Shown here: piece after piece, positions 28,726 to 37,344 of the stretch
Layout of the letters: each line of letters opens with the position of its first letter
Numbering within the stretch: position 1 is the stretch's first letter
Assembly (NCBI GenBank): GCA_002169865.1
Contig: NHIC01000008.1
Span: 10,313-61,588, forward strand
Direction of reading: 5' to 3'
Source: Flavobacteriaceae bacterium TMED179
GTDB lineage: Bacteria > Bacteroidota > Bacteroidia > Flavobacteriales > Flavobacteriaceae
Length of the DNA: 51,276 bases
Position numbers and translations under genes: made by a program
Notes under the pieces: generated by a model
What the model saw: only the letters and a program-made list of their open reading frames with translations
What the model was told of the DNA's origin: nothing
Databases searched by the model: none

Positions 28726-29250
28726 ATGCTAAAAGAAGACTGCTTCTTTTTAGGCACGATCGTTGCAAAGTACAGTTTTAAAGGAGAAATTCTTGTAAAA
28801 CTGGACACAGACCGACCCAATACCTATGTTGATCTTCAGTCCATTTTTGTAGAAACTACCAATGGTTTGGTTCCTTACTTTATTGACCGATGTCTTTTAC
28901 ATAAGTCTTCTTTGCTTAGGATCAAATTTGACGGAGTTGATTCAGAAAACGAGGCAGAAGTATTACTTAAAAAAGATTTATTTCTACCTATGGAAATGCT
29001 TCCTCCTCTTAAAGGGAATCAATTTTATTATCATGAGGTAACTGGATTCTCTGCCATAGATCAATTTAATATTGAAATTGGAACCATCAAAACAGTAAAT
29101 GATTCCGGTCCCCAACCTCTTTTTATTATTGATTCCGATGGCACTGAGATTTTAATCCCTGCTCACGATAATTTTATTAAAGAATTAGACAGAAAAAGTG
29201 AAAAAATATTCCTCGATTTACCCGAAGGTCTATTGGATATTTTCAAATAA
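28726..29250 (+). CDS. rimM: 16S rRNA processing protein RimM
   Basis: Conserved position after rpsP. Shows GTIVAKYSFKGEILV, a PRC-barrel C-terminus, and FYYHEVTGF. Confidence 0.85.
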   Translation: MLKEDCFFLGTIVAKYSFKGEILVKLDTDRPNTYVDLQSIFVETTNGLVPYFIDRCLLHKSSLLRIKFDGVDSENEAEVLLKKDLFLPMEMLPPLKGNQFYYHEVTGFSAIDQFNIEIGTIKTVNDSGPQPLFIIDSDGTEILIPAHDNFIKELDRKSEKIFLDLPEGLLDIFK

Positions 29251-29253
29251 TCC

Positions 29254-31611
29254 CTAAAAATCGACTACAAACCCAAAAGTGGGAATTGGAATATTAGTAT
29301 TTTCGTCCGTATTTACCTTTACCAAGGATTGTGGCAGTATCAATGCTCCTGTTTCAGATCTGTTAAGTCCATATTCATCTGGTATGGGTACTGCCTGGGC
29401 TAAGAAATTTTGAATTTCAAAATAGAAATTGAAAGAGTAGCGTTTAAAATTCCATTTTTTATCGAATCGTATATCCGCCAAATTAAAAGGATCTAATTTG
29501 ACATTTCCCAGTTGATCATAATCCAAAACTACCTCTGGATAGGCTTGAAGCGTTGCCATTTGATTGACAGGTACATAGGGTGTTTTCCCGGAAAACCTCC
29601 ATCGAGCACTAATCTCCCAATTTCTTTTCAGCTTGTATCCTCCAGAAAAAGAGATCAAGTGACGACTGTCCCAAACCGAGGGTAAATAGTCCCCCGTGGC
29701 CTCTGTAAATTTACTGTAGAAATAGGTGTAGGCAAAAACACCATAGAAGTTTTTGGTAAGTTTTTGTTGGTACAATGCCTCAATACCATAACTTTTTCCT
29801 AGTCCATCCGTGGCTATGGCCTCGTTCCCCAAGACCTCAAAATCCCCTCCTTTATTTGCTATTGACACCCCATCCATTAGTGATATTGGGTATTGGCTGT
29901 ATTTTTTATAAAATCCTTCAAGGGTAACTCTTGAGGCATTACCAGGTGCGTATTCTATTCCCATCACGAAATGATCACTTTGGGTGTATTTGGACTTTTG
30001 ATTTATAAATGTTTTTAGGTTGTCCTGATATCCTAGCATGGTATAGGTAGGGATCTTGTAATATCTTCCAACCGATGCGTTGATTTTCCATATTTGGTCA
30101 TCTGAAAGATTATAAGTTAATGCCATTCTTGGTGAAAAATTATCTATCAAACTCGATCCCTTTGAAAAGGTATCTGTATCAAATCTAAAACCAAATGATA
30201 AACCAAGATTGTCATTAAAAAATTTTCGTTCTCCTTTGGCAAAAAACCCGTATTTTATAAAATCTATCCCCGTACTATAGTTAATATTGTAAAGTATGCT
30301 TTGGGTATCATTGAAATAGTCAGAATACTGAATATTAGTTCCGGTAGCCAATTTCCACTGGTCCAAATAATGTAAGGTCTGATAACGAAGCTTAGTCTCT
30401 TGCTCATAGGAATCATTTTCAAAAATGACTCCTGTTTTTTGGGTGTTGTCCTGATATCGAGAAAAAATATTCTGTAATCTGTTAGTGCTGATGGCAGTGG
30501 TCATGGAGCCCTTTCCGTTTTTATATTTCCTACTCCAGGACACACCAATTGTAATGGTTTTTTGTCGAATGATAGGAACTTGTTCAATTGTCGACTGCTG
30601 CAATGCATCAAAATCATCAGGAGCTTTTACCGAAAAATCGTCAATAGTTCCTAGGCCAAGAAATGTAAGGGTGTTGTATGCGTCAATTTCATGATTTATT
30701 TTCCATTGGTAATCCCAATAATCAGGTCTGATGGGTAGTCCTATCAATTCAAATAAAAACTGGAGGTAACTCCTCCTCACAGAGAACAATAAAGTAGTTT
30801 TAGCAGGTTTTTCCTTTTCTTTCTTAAACAAGGGTCCCTCAAGAGTTAACGCAGCTTCGCTGGCACCAAGCCTAAAATTACCTCCAAACCTATTTGGGTT
30901 TCCTTCTCTTTGTTCAAAAGACAAAACCCCTGACAAGGGATTGTCATATTCGGCTCCAAAAGCTGAACTCGAAAGGGTGACTTCTCGGATAAAAGAGACG
31001 TTTAACATCCCCACAGGTCCTCCTGCACTGCCTTGCGTACTGAAGTGATTAATGTTGGGAATTTCGATTCCATCTAAATAATAGACCGACTCATTGGGTG
31101 CACCACCTCTAATAATGATGTCATTTCTAAAACCTCCTATAGAGGGTGAAATACCTGGCATGCTTTGAATGACCTTGGTAATATCATTATTCCCACCGGG
31201 ATAAGTTTCAATTTCCACAGCTGAAAAAGTTTGAGTAGATAGTGGAGTTTCAACAGAGGTTCTAAAAGGACTCTGGAAAATTACTATTTCATCCAATTCA
31301 TTGGCAGACTCCTCTAGAAGAATTTGCAATGGAGGCGTACCAAATGTTTTTACGATTATATTATAAATTGTTTGGGATTGGTAACCTAGATGACTGATCA
31401 CCAAATTGTATGTACGAGTAGGAACATCTTTAAAATTAAAATAACCTTCTTCATTAGTAGCCATTCCCATTGTTGTACCCTGCAATAAAACAGTAACCCC
31501 TTGAAGGGGTAGTTGGGATTTCTGATCTAAAATTCTACCAATGAGCTGTCCAGAATTTTGTGCTTTTAAAAAATAAATATTAAGTAGGAAAAATAGTAAG
31601 AATTTTCGCAT
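29254..31611 (-). CDS. TonB-dependent receptor (CarboxypepD_reg + plug + barrel)
   Basis: Signal peptide (LKAQ). Has GRILDQKSQLPLQGVTVLL...GYFNF, plug motif IIIRGG, and a long beta-rich region ending FGFVVDF. Confidence 0.85.
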   Translation of the reverse strand: MRKFLLFFLLNIYFLKAQNSGQLIGRILDQKSQLPLQGVTVLLQGTTMGMATNEEGYFNFKDVPTRTYNLVISHLGYQSQTIYNIIVKTFGTPPLQILLEESANELDEIVIFQSPFRTSVETPLSTQTFSAVEIETYPGGNNDITKVIQSMPGISPSIGGFRNDIIIRGGAPNESVYYLDGIEIPNINHFSTQGSAGGPVGMLNVSFIREVTLSSSAFGAEYDNPLSGVLSFEQREGNPNRFGGNFRLGASEAALTLEGPLFKKEKEKPAKTTLLFSVRRSYLQFLFELIGLPIRPDYWDYQWKINHEIDAYNTLTFLGLGTIDDFSVKAPDDFDALQQSTIEQVPIIRQKTITIGVSWSRKYKNGKGSMTTAISTNRLQNIFSRYQDNTQKTGVIFENDSYEQETKLRYQTLHYLDQWKLATGTNIQYSDYFNDTQSILYNINYSTGIDFIKYGFFAKGERKFFNDNLGLSFGFRFDTDTFSKGSSLIDNFSPRMALTYNLSDDQIWKINASVGRYYKIPTYTMLGYQDNLKTFINQKSKYTQSDHFVMGIEYAPGNASRVTLEGFYKKYSQYPISLMDGVSIANKGGDFEVLGNEAIATDGLGKSYGIEALYQQKLTKNFYGVFAYTYFYSKFTEATGDYLPSVWDSRHLISFSGGYKLKRNWEISARWRFSGKTPYVPVNQMATLQAYPEVVLDYDQLGNVKLDPFNLADIRFDKKWNFKRYSFNFYFEIQNFLAQAVPIPDEYGLNRSETGALILPQSLVKVNTDENTNIPIPTFGFVVDF

Positions 31612-31697
31612 TCGCTTTTAGAGTAAAATTAATCTAAACTTTCAAAGTGTATTTATATTTGTTTAATAATTTTATAAAAAGATTAAACTAAATTATT

Positions 31698-31705
31698 TAA
31701 ATTTG
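31698..31705 (+). promoter_or_regulatory. -7 promoter box (TAAATTTG) for the Rieske gene; second match TATATTTG at 31654..31661
   Basis: Exact TAnnTTTG, 15 nt upstream of the ATG at 31720. Confidence 0.4.
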
Positions 31706-31719
31706 AATAAAATTTATTT

Positions 31720-32172
31720 ATGAAAAATAAAAGAAGAGATTTTTTAAAATCATCCTGTGCTCCTATTGCCTTTTCAATGTTTGGTATTTCCCTGCTTGAA
31801 GCCTGTAGTTCGGGCGGTGATGATGGTTATGAAACGGCTACCCCGGCTGGTAATAATGAGGGTGGTAGTATCGAAGTGGACAATACAGTTAATATAGACC
31901 TAACAAGCTCTAGTTTTTCTGATTTGACTGAGATTGGAGGTTGGATGAATTATTCCAGTAAAAACATGTTATTATTGAGAATCAGTGATTCTGAAATTAG
32001 AGCTTTTACAAACGTTTGTCCCCACCAAGGTTCAAATAATCAATGGTCACATAGCGATTCTAAGTTTGTTTGTTCCAATCACGGGAGGTCATTCAGTGAT
32101 GACTGTTCTAGTGCCTTAACTTGCTTTGATACTAGTATTGAAGAAAATATTTTAACCATTAAAGTTAGTTAA
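31720..32172 (+). CDS. small exported Rieske [2Fe-2S] protein (Tat signal + lipobox-like Cys)
   Basis: Twin-arginine motif KRRDFLK, then LLEACSSGG. Rieske ligand pattern CPHQG-x13-CSNHG (CxH-x15-CxxH). Confidence 0.75.
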   Translation: MKNKRRDFLKSSCAPIAFSMFGISLLEACSSGGDDGYETATPAGNNEGGSIEVDNTVNIDLTSSSFSDLTEIGGWMNYSSKNMLLLRISDSEIRAFTNVCPHQGSNNQWSHSDSKFVCSNHGRSFSDDCSSALTCFDTSIEENILTIKVS

Positions 32173-32725
32173 AAAACTTTTTTTTATTTTTCTTTTCTTT
32201 TTTCTCCCTTTTGGGTTTCTTTTTTGCGAGGGCTTCCTCCTCCATGAGCCTTTTTTCCTCGTTTTTTAGATCAAATTCAGACCTAAGTTCATCTAGATCT
32301 GTGCTTTTAATTTGATCTTGATCGGGTGCTTGAAGCGCCACATCATCTGTAGTAAAATTGGCTTTATTTGTTTGCTTTCTCATGATTTCCTTGGCGGCTT
32401 TGAGATTATAATATACACCTGGATCGATCATTTTATTGGCAATATAGTTTTCCTTTTTAGATTTATCCCAACGCACAAAAACAAAACCTCCATTGACACT
32501 GTCCAACTTTACTCTGAACACCCTAGCTCTATTTGGAAGGGTTTGGTATATCTGTATTTTTTCAGGAACATAGCCAGCTATATCAAGTAAATCTGAAACA
32601 AAAAAACGTTGTCCGTCGGCCGAGGGATCTTTTAAGGGCACTAAATATTCATCGTATTCTTGACCAAAAACGGGTAGAAGTGTGAGTAAAAAAAATACAT
32701 ATGAAAATAAAAAGTTGAAACGCAT
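32165..32725 (-). CDS. secreted hypothetical protein with Lys-rich C-terminal tail
   Basis: First ATG at 32725 gives MRFNFLFSYVFFLLTLLPVFGQ (signal peptide). The tail reads AKKKPKREKKEKKNKKKFFN. It is the last gene of the 36215-to-32165 minus-strand string. Confidence 0.5.
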   Translation of the reverse strand: MRFNFLFSYVFFLLTLLPVFGQEYDEYLVPLKDPSADGQRFFVSDLLDIAGYVPEKIQIYQTLPNRARVFRVKLDSVNGGFVFVRWDKSKKENYIANKMIDPGVYYNLKAAKEIMRKQTNKANFTTDDVALQAPDQDQIKSTDLDELRSEFDLKNEEKRLMEEEALAKKKPKREKKEKKNKKKFFN

Positions 32726-32729
32726 TTTG

Positions 32730-35207
32730 TCAGTGTTGTATTTTGATTTGCAACATGATATTCCTTCCCATTTCGTCAGCATAAAATCGTAAACGATTCA
32801 GATAATCCCTGTAGGAAGTATTCAGCAAATTTTCAAAGATAAGGGATAAACTGATTTTGTTAGAAAAAAGTGGATAAGGCCCAAAATGGAATTCAAGTCC
32901 CAGGAGATTATAACCCTTGGGTGGCGAACTGATATCAACCAGCTTAGTAACCCTATTACCATTTTCAACAACAGAGGTTTCAAAATTATGATTTGGATAT
33001 TGATTTTGGCGAGAAAAATATTTATTCGAAAGAGCCATAACAAAAGATTTCCATCGGGCAGGAGAAAATTGAATTTGACTGGTAGTAGATAATGGGGGGA
33101 TACTAATTAGAGGAGTCCTACTCCCTTTTTCATATCCCTCAATCCATGAGCTATTGTTGCTTAATTTAAGATTCTTACCTAACTGTAAGGACAGATCCAA
33201 ATCAAACCCTTGTATCAATGAACTAACTGACCTGTATTCCCAAACCGGAAAAGCACCCCTTATGGTATATTCAATTCCGTTTGGCTCAATAATTATATAA
33301 TTTTGTCCTTGGGTTAAATAGGGACTAAAATTAAATCTAAATTTTCCACTTACTTTTTCAAAGTTGAGGACCAGTTTTTGAACCGTTTCAGTCTTTAAAA
33401 ATGGATTTCCATACTCAATTGTAGCAAGGGAATGATGCAATCCATCACTGAAAATTTCAGCGATATCAGGAGCGCGTTCCGTGTGAAAAATATTAAGACT
33501 CAAATTTAAATCCGGTTGAATTACATATTTAACCCCTGAACTCATAGAGAGGTTGTTAAAAATTAACCTTTGCCCAATCAACTTTTGCCCTGCAAAATCA
33601 CCAATCACAAAACCACCTAGGCTTCCTTCATAATTTTCTTGTCTCCATCTATTATAATGATAGTATTTTTTTACCTCATTATTATGATGGCTATAACGAA
33701 TTCCAAAGCCAAGGTTAAAATGATTAGAAGGTGAAAAGCTAGTTGTAAAATAGCCTTCAAATCTTGCTTTGATATAATCTGGTATAAATCTTTTAATTCC
33801 AGTGCTTGGGTTAGAATAATTATCCTGAACTTGGAGGAAAGCTCCCGAATCAAATGACCATATGGAACCACCCCATTTATAGTTGGTAGTTAAATTATGA
33901 GTGTCTAATGTTAAATCTACTGCAGACTGATTCTTATATTCTCCCCTTCTAATATCATATTCTTTTCGATTATTTCTTTGCCAACTATATTTTACATTCC
34001 ATTTTCCACTAGACTCTCTCCTTTTTGAATATTGAATACTACCTGTATAATGCCTATTCACCTGTTTTGGGAAAATTATTTGATGACTTAAAGGGTTAAT
34101 GATTGTTGGAATATCTGACTCAATACCGATCACCAGATCATAGACATTACCGACATGAGCGCTTCTTAAAATTCCTATTTCTTGGCTGAAGTAACTAAAA
34201 TTAGTTTTCCATTGACTTAGAATTTTATTCTGCCCCAATGTGAAAGAAAAATTGTTTTCATCATTACCGGAATTTGAGAGCACATAATCCGGTGCTTCAA
34301 AATCTCCAACTCTTTTAAGCGTTCCTTGTACCCTAAAATATTTTCCACTCTGAAAAGACTTGGTCCAAGAACTGATTATATTTAAACCTCGTCCATTGGA
34401 GAACCCATTCAAAATGGTTTTTCCGTATAATGAATCCTTAATCTTTGGAATTTTAGTTTCCAGTACCACCACTCCACCTGGCGTATCACCCGAATACTTT
34501 AATACCCCTGCCCCTTTGATCAAGCTAATTTCGTCAAAAGCATTTTGGTCAATATTAGGAGCATGATCTTGTCCCCACTGTTGATTTTCTATTGGTATAC
34601 CGTCATAAATAATACCTACGCGACTTCCAAACATTCCATGGATCAAGGGTTTTGAAATCACATTTCCTGAACTGATAGTATTGATGCCACTGATTTGCTC
34701 CAAAGCTTTTGCTAAACCTCTAACACTATATTGGTCCTTTTGCAAGTCAGTAAGAGCATATGATGGAGCAGTAGTTGAAAGCTTTTTTGTCTTACTTTCG
34801 TCCAAAATGACCTCCTTCAGCAATTCAATATGGTGTTCTAGATAAAACATTCTAGAAATAGATTTATTTAAATTAACAGATGTATAAATGTCTTCACAAT
34901 TCAGGTGAGAAATTTTTAAATTTATTTTTCCCGAACATTGATTTTCAAATACAAATTTTCCATTAGCATCTGATAATATAGCCTCATTACCATCAACAAC
35001 TTCAATCAATGCTGCCTCGATCGGTGAACTATCATGTAAATCCAATACTTTCCCCTCCAACACTAAATCACATTTTTGGGAAAAACAAAAGCTGGTAGCC
35101 AACATAGATAAGCTGACTACCGTTTTTGATAATTTATTACATTTTGAACATTTACATTTAGGTAATTTAGACTCCTGTAAATATGGAATATTTTGAAAAA
35201 GACTCAT
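32730..35207 (-). CDS. TonB-dependent receptor
   Basis: 825 aa. Has a CarboxypepD_reg-like VLEGKVLD...ANGKFVF and the plug block PLIHGMFGSRVGIIYDGIPIENQQWGQDHAPNID, followed by a long barrel. Its start overlaps the upstream stop as TAATG (translational coupling). Confidence 0.85.
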   Translation of the reverse strand: MSLFQNIPYLQESKLPKCKCSKCNKLSKTVVSLSMLATSFCFSQKCDLVLEGKVLDLHDSSPIEAALIEVVDGNEAILSDANGKFVFENQCSGKINLKISHLNCEDIYTSVNLNKSISRMFYLEHHIELLKEVILDESKTKKLSTTAPSYALTDLQKDQYSVRGLAKALEQISGINTISSGNVISKPLIHGMFGSRVGIIYDGIPIENQQWGQDHAPNIDQNAFDEISLIKGAGVLKYSGDTPGGVVVLETKIPKIKDSLYGKTILNGFSNGRGLNIISSWTKSFQSGKYFRVQGTLKRVGDFEAPDYVLSNSGNDENNFSFTLGQNKILSQWKTNFSYFSQEIGILRSAHVGNVYDLVIGIESDIPTIINPLSHQIIFPKQVNRHYTGSIQYSKRRESSGKWNVKYSWQRNNRKEYDIRRGEYKNQSAVDLTLDTHNLTTNYKWGGSIWSFDSGAFLQVQDNYSNPSTGIKRFIPDYIKARFEGYFTTSFSPSNHFNLGFGIRYSHHNNEVKKYYHYNRWRQENYEGSLGGFVIGDFAGQKLIGQRLIFNNLSMSSGVKYVIQPDLNLSLNIFHTERAPDIAEIFSDGLHHSLATIEYGNPFLKTETVQKLVLNFEKVSGKFRFNFSPYLTQGQNYIIIEPNGIEYTIRGAFPVWEYRSVSSLIQGFDLDLSLQLGKNLKLSNNSSWIEGYEKGSRTPLISIPPLSTTSQIQFSPARWKSFVMALSNKYFSRQNQYPNHNFETSVVENGNRVTKLVDISSPPKGYNLLGLEFHFGPYPLFSNKISLSLIFENLLNTSYRDYLNRLRFYADEMGRNIMLQIKIQH

Positions 35208-35833
35208 TACTCCACATGAACCTCAAATTCGATTTCAATATCAATAGCACCCCCAAAATCACTCCTCGTAGTTCCAGTTTTTGAAGTGGGCTTATGAAAT
35301 AAATACCCTACAACATCACCCGAAATTTCTCCAGAAGTTGTCCAAATAGTTTTAAGAAGTAATGGATTTCCACTACTATCAGAAGTGTCATTTGTGGCAG
35401 ATTCTATTGAAAAACCACTGCCACTTAGTTCATTTGTTATATCATAAAAGACTTGATGCAAATCTGCCTCCTTGATAATTTCTTCAGTGATGTTTATAAT
35501 TTTAAGGGGGTCTTCATCATTATAAAACAAAATGGAAACGTTATAGATTGAGTTTGCTTCCAATTCAATCTCGGTATGTTCACCTTCATGATCGTCATGA
35601 TCATCTTCCTCCTCTTCTTCCTCTTCATGACCATGATCATGACCATGATCATGACCTTCAACTTCAAAATCATATCGGATCGTTTCAGTAGATCCTACTT
35701 TTGTTACTTCAAGGGTGACTAAAGTGAAAGCCTCTTGTTCATGAACGGGAACTGGATCGCTCTTAGAACAGCTAATAATAAATAAAAATAAGGAAATGGC
35801 AATTAGGGGTTTTATAATTATATTCTTTGACAT
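35207..35833 (-). CDS. His/Asp/Glu-rich lipoprotein (putative metal-binding)
   Basis: First ATG at 35833 gives MSKNIIIKPLIAISLFLFIISCSK (lipoprotein signal). Contains the tract EGHDHGHDHGHEEEEEEEDDHDDHEGEH. The longer 281-aa track ORF overlaps the upstream gene and is rejected. Confidence 0.65.
   Translation of the reverse strand: MSKNIIIKPLIAISLFLFIISCSKSDPVPVHEQEAFTLVTLEVTKVGSTETIRYDFEVEGHDHGHDHGHEEEEEEEDDHDDHEGEHTEIELEANSIYNVSILFYNDEDPLKIINITEEIIKEADLHQVFYDITNELSGSGFSIESATNDTSDSSGNPLLLKTIWTTSGEISGDVVGYLFHKPTSKTGTTRSDFGGAIDIEIEFEVHVE
35627..35656. repeat. 2.5 tandem copies of a 12-nt unit (atgaccatgatc) encoding the (HDHG)n tract
   Basis: Read directly on the plus strand, inside the His-rich lipoprotein CDS. 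Confidence 0.7.
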
Positions 35834-35909
35834 ATTATTTAATTTAAAATGATAATTGAACACTAAATCCAAGTATGGGCAAGTGCAATAAAAAATTAGA
35901 CTTAGAAAA

Positions 35910-36215
35910 TTACACTGATGGTGGACCCCGAAGTGTATCAAGGGTATCAATGGAGTACGAATACCCTGTGTAGAAAAAAGAAGTTTTCTTGTGTTGAAAA
36001 CTGGAAATGACATTATAATTATTTTCATAGGAAATTTGAATACTAGAAGCAAATTGATAGTCTAATATGTCGCAATCCAATTCAATTTCATGAAGGTGAG
36101 TTTGAGATATATCACAAGTTTTGTGATCATGGTCTTCAAGTAGATGAGATAAACCCCCGAAATAAGGCAACATCAAAACAAACGTAAAAAAACAGGATAA
36201 TAATATTTTCTTCAC
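35910..36215 (-). CDS. small secreted His/Cys-containing protein, first gene of the operon
   Basis: 101 aa, GTG start. Signal-like MKKILLSCFFTFVLMLPYFGG, then HLLEDHDHKTCDISQTHLHEIELDCD. Confidence 0.45.
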   Translation of the reverse strand: MKKILLSCFFTFVLMLPYFGGLSHLLEDHDHKTCDISQTHLHEIELDCDILDYQFASSIQISYENNYNVISSFQHKKTSFFYTGYSYSIDTLDTLRGPPSV

Positions 36216-36277
36216 CTTGTGTGCAATGAATATTTAAGAATAACTTTCCTAAAGATAGTGGTTAATCTTTAATTTAG

Positions 36278-36306
36278 CATATTTGTCAATTACATATACA
36301 AATATG
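36278..36306. promoter_or_regulatory. perfect 9-bp inverted repeat CATATTTGT-N11-ACAAATATG in the divergent spacer; right arm contains the FGE-like ATG
   Basis: Read directly. Left arm is 36278..36286, right arm is 36298..36306, and the ATG is at 36304..36306. Confidence 0.4.
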
Positions 36307-37344
36307 ATATCAAAAACCTCCTTCATGGTTATTCTTTCTTTGATGACCTTGCATATCGGTTGTGATTCGCAGCCCAAAAAAACAAAAAAAGAAGTCTTGT
36401 CAAGTCAACAACCTCTTGGAATGGTCTGGATTCCTAAAGGTGATTTTATGATGGGCAGCAAAGGACCTCAAGCCCGACCAGATGAGGCTCCTATTCATCG
36501 CGTAAAAGTTGATGGTTTTTGGATTGATAAAACAGAGGTTACCAACGCTCAGTTTGCTACTTTTGTAGAAGCTACAGGATATGTTACCACAGCTGAAAAG
36601 CCAGTGTATTGGGAAGAGATGAAAAAACAACTCCCCCCTGATACTCCAAAACCTCATGACTCTCTTCTTCAGGCTTCTTCTTTAACTTTTAAAGCAACAA
36701 ATGGGCCAGTTGATTTGAATAATTATGCAGCATGGTGGGAATGGAAACCCAAGGCCAGCTGGAGAAATCCCCGAGGAAAAGGAAGTTTCATAGAGGGAAA
36801 AGAAGATCATCCAGTTGTACACGTTTCATGGGATGATGCCAATGCATATGCCAAATGGGCAGGGAAGCGCCTTCCAACTGAAGCTGAGTGGGAATGGGCT
36901 GCTAGAGGAGGGCTAAAGGATAAGAAATATCCCTGGGGAAACGAGGAAATCAATGATGGAAAAGCAAAAGCCAACAGTTGGGAAGGTTCTTTTCCCTATA
37001 ACAATACCAATAAAGATTTATTCTTTTATTCTGCACCTGTAAAGTCTTTTGAAGCTAATGGATATGGTCTTTATGACATGGCTGGTAACGTATGGGAGTG
37101 GTGCTCAGATTGGTATCATTATGACTATTACAAAACCCTATCTGGCAAAACATCTACTAATCCACAAGGGCCCAAGAGTAGCTATGACCCTTTCAATCCC
37201 TATATCGCTCAGAGAATCATCAGAGGTGGTTCTTTTTTGTGCAATGATAACTACTGTTCTGGCTATCGGGTGGCTTCAAAAATGAAATCCTCACCAGACA
37301 CTGGATCTCAACATACCGGCTTCAGGTGTGTAAAAGATATTTAG
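36304..37344 (+). CDS. formylglycine-generating enzyme (FGE/SUMF1) family protein, exported
   Basis: Contains HRVKVDGFWIDKTEVTN, GNVWEWCSDWY and RGGSFLCNDNYCSGYR (the Cys-x4-Cys pair of FGE), plus GFRCV. Signal peptide ends IGC. First ATG is at 36304. Confidence 0.8.
   Translation: MISKTSFMVILSLMTLHIGCDSQPKKTKKEVLSSQQPLGMVWIPKGDFMMGSKGPQARPDEAPIHRVKVDGFWIDKTEVTNAQFATFVEATGYVTTAEKPVYWEEMKKQLPPDTPKPHDSLLQASSLTFKATNGPVDLNNYAAWWEWKPKASWRNPRGKGSFIEGKEDHPVVHVSWDDANAYAKWAGKRLPTEAEWEWAARGGLKDKKYPWGNEEINDGKAKANSWEGSFPYNNTNKDLFFYSAPVKSFEANGYGLYDMAGNVWEWCSDWYHYDYYKTLSGKTSTNPQGPKSSYDPFNPYIAQRIIRGGSFLCNDNYCSGYRVASKMKSSPDTGSQHTGFRCVKDI

Noticed and set aside
35207-36052. 281-aa version of the His-rich protein ORF
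   Set aside because: The upstream 73 codons overlap the preceding small-protein gene in another frame and carry no signal. The internal ATG at 35833 gives a clean lipoprotein signal peptide.
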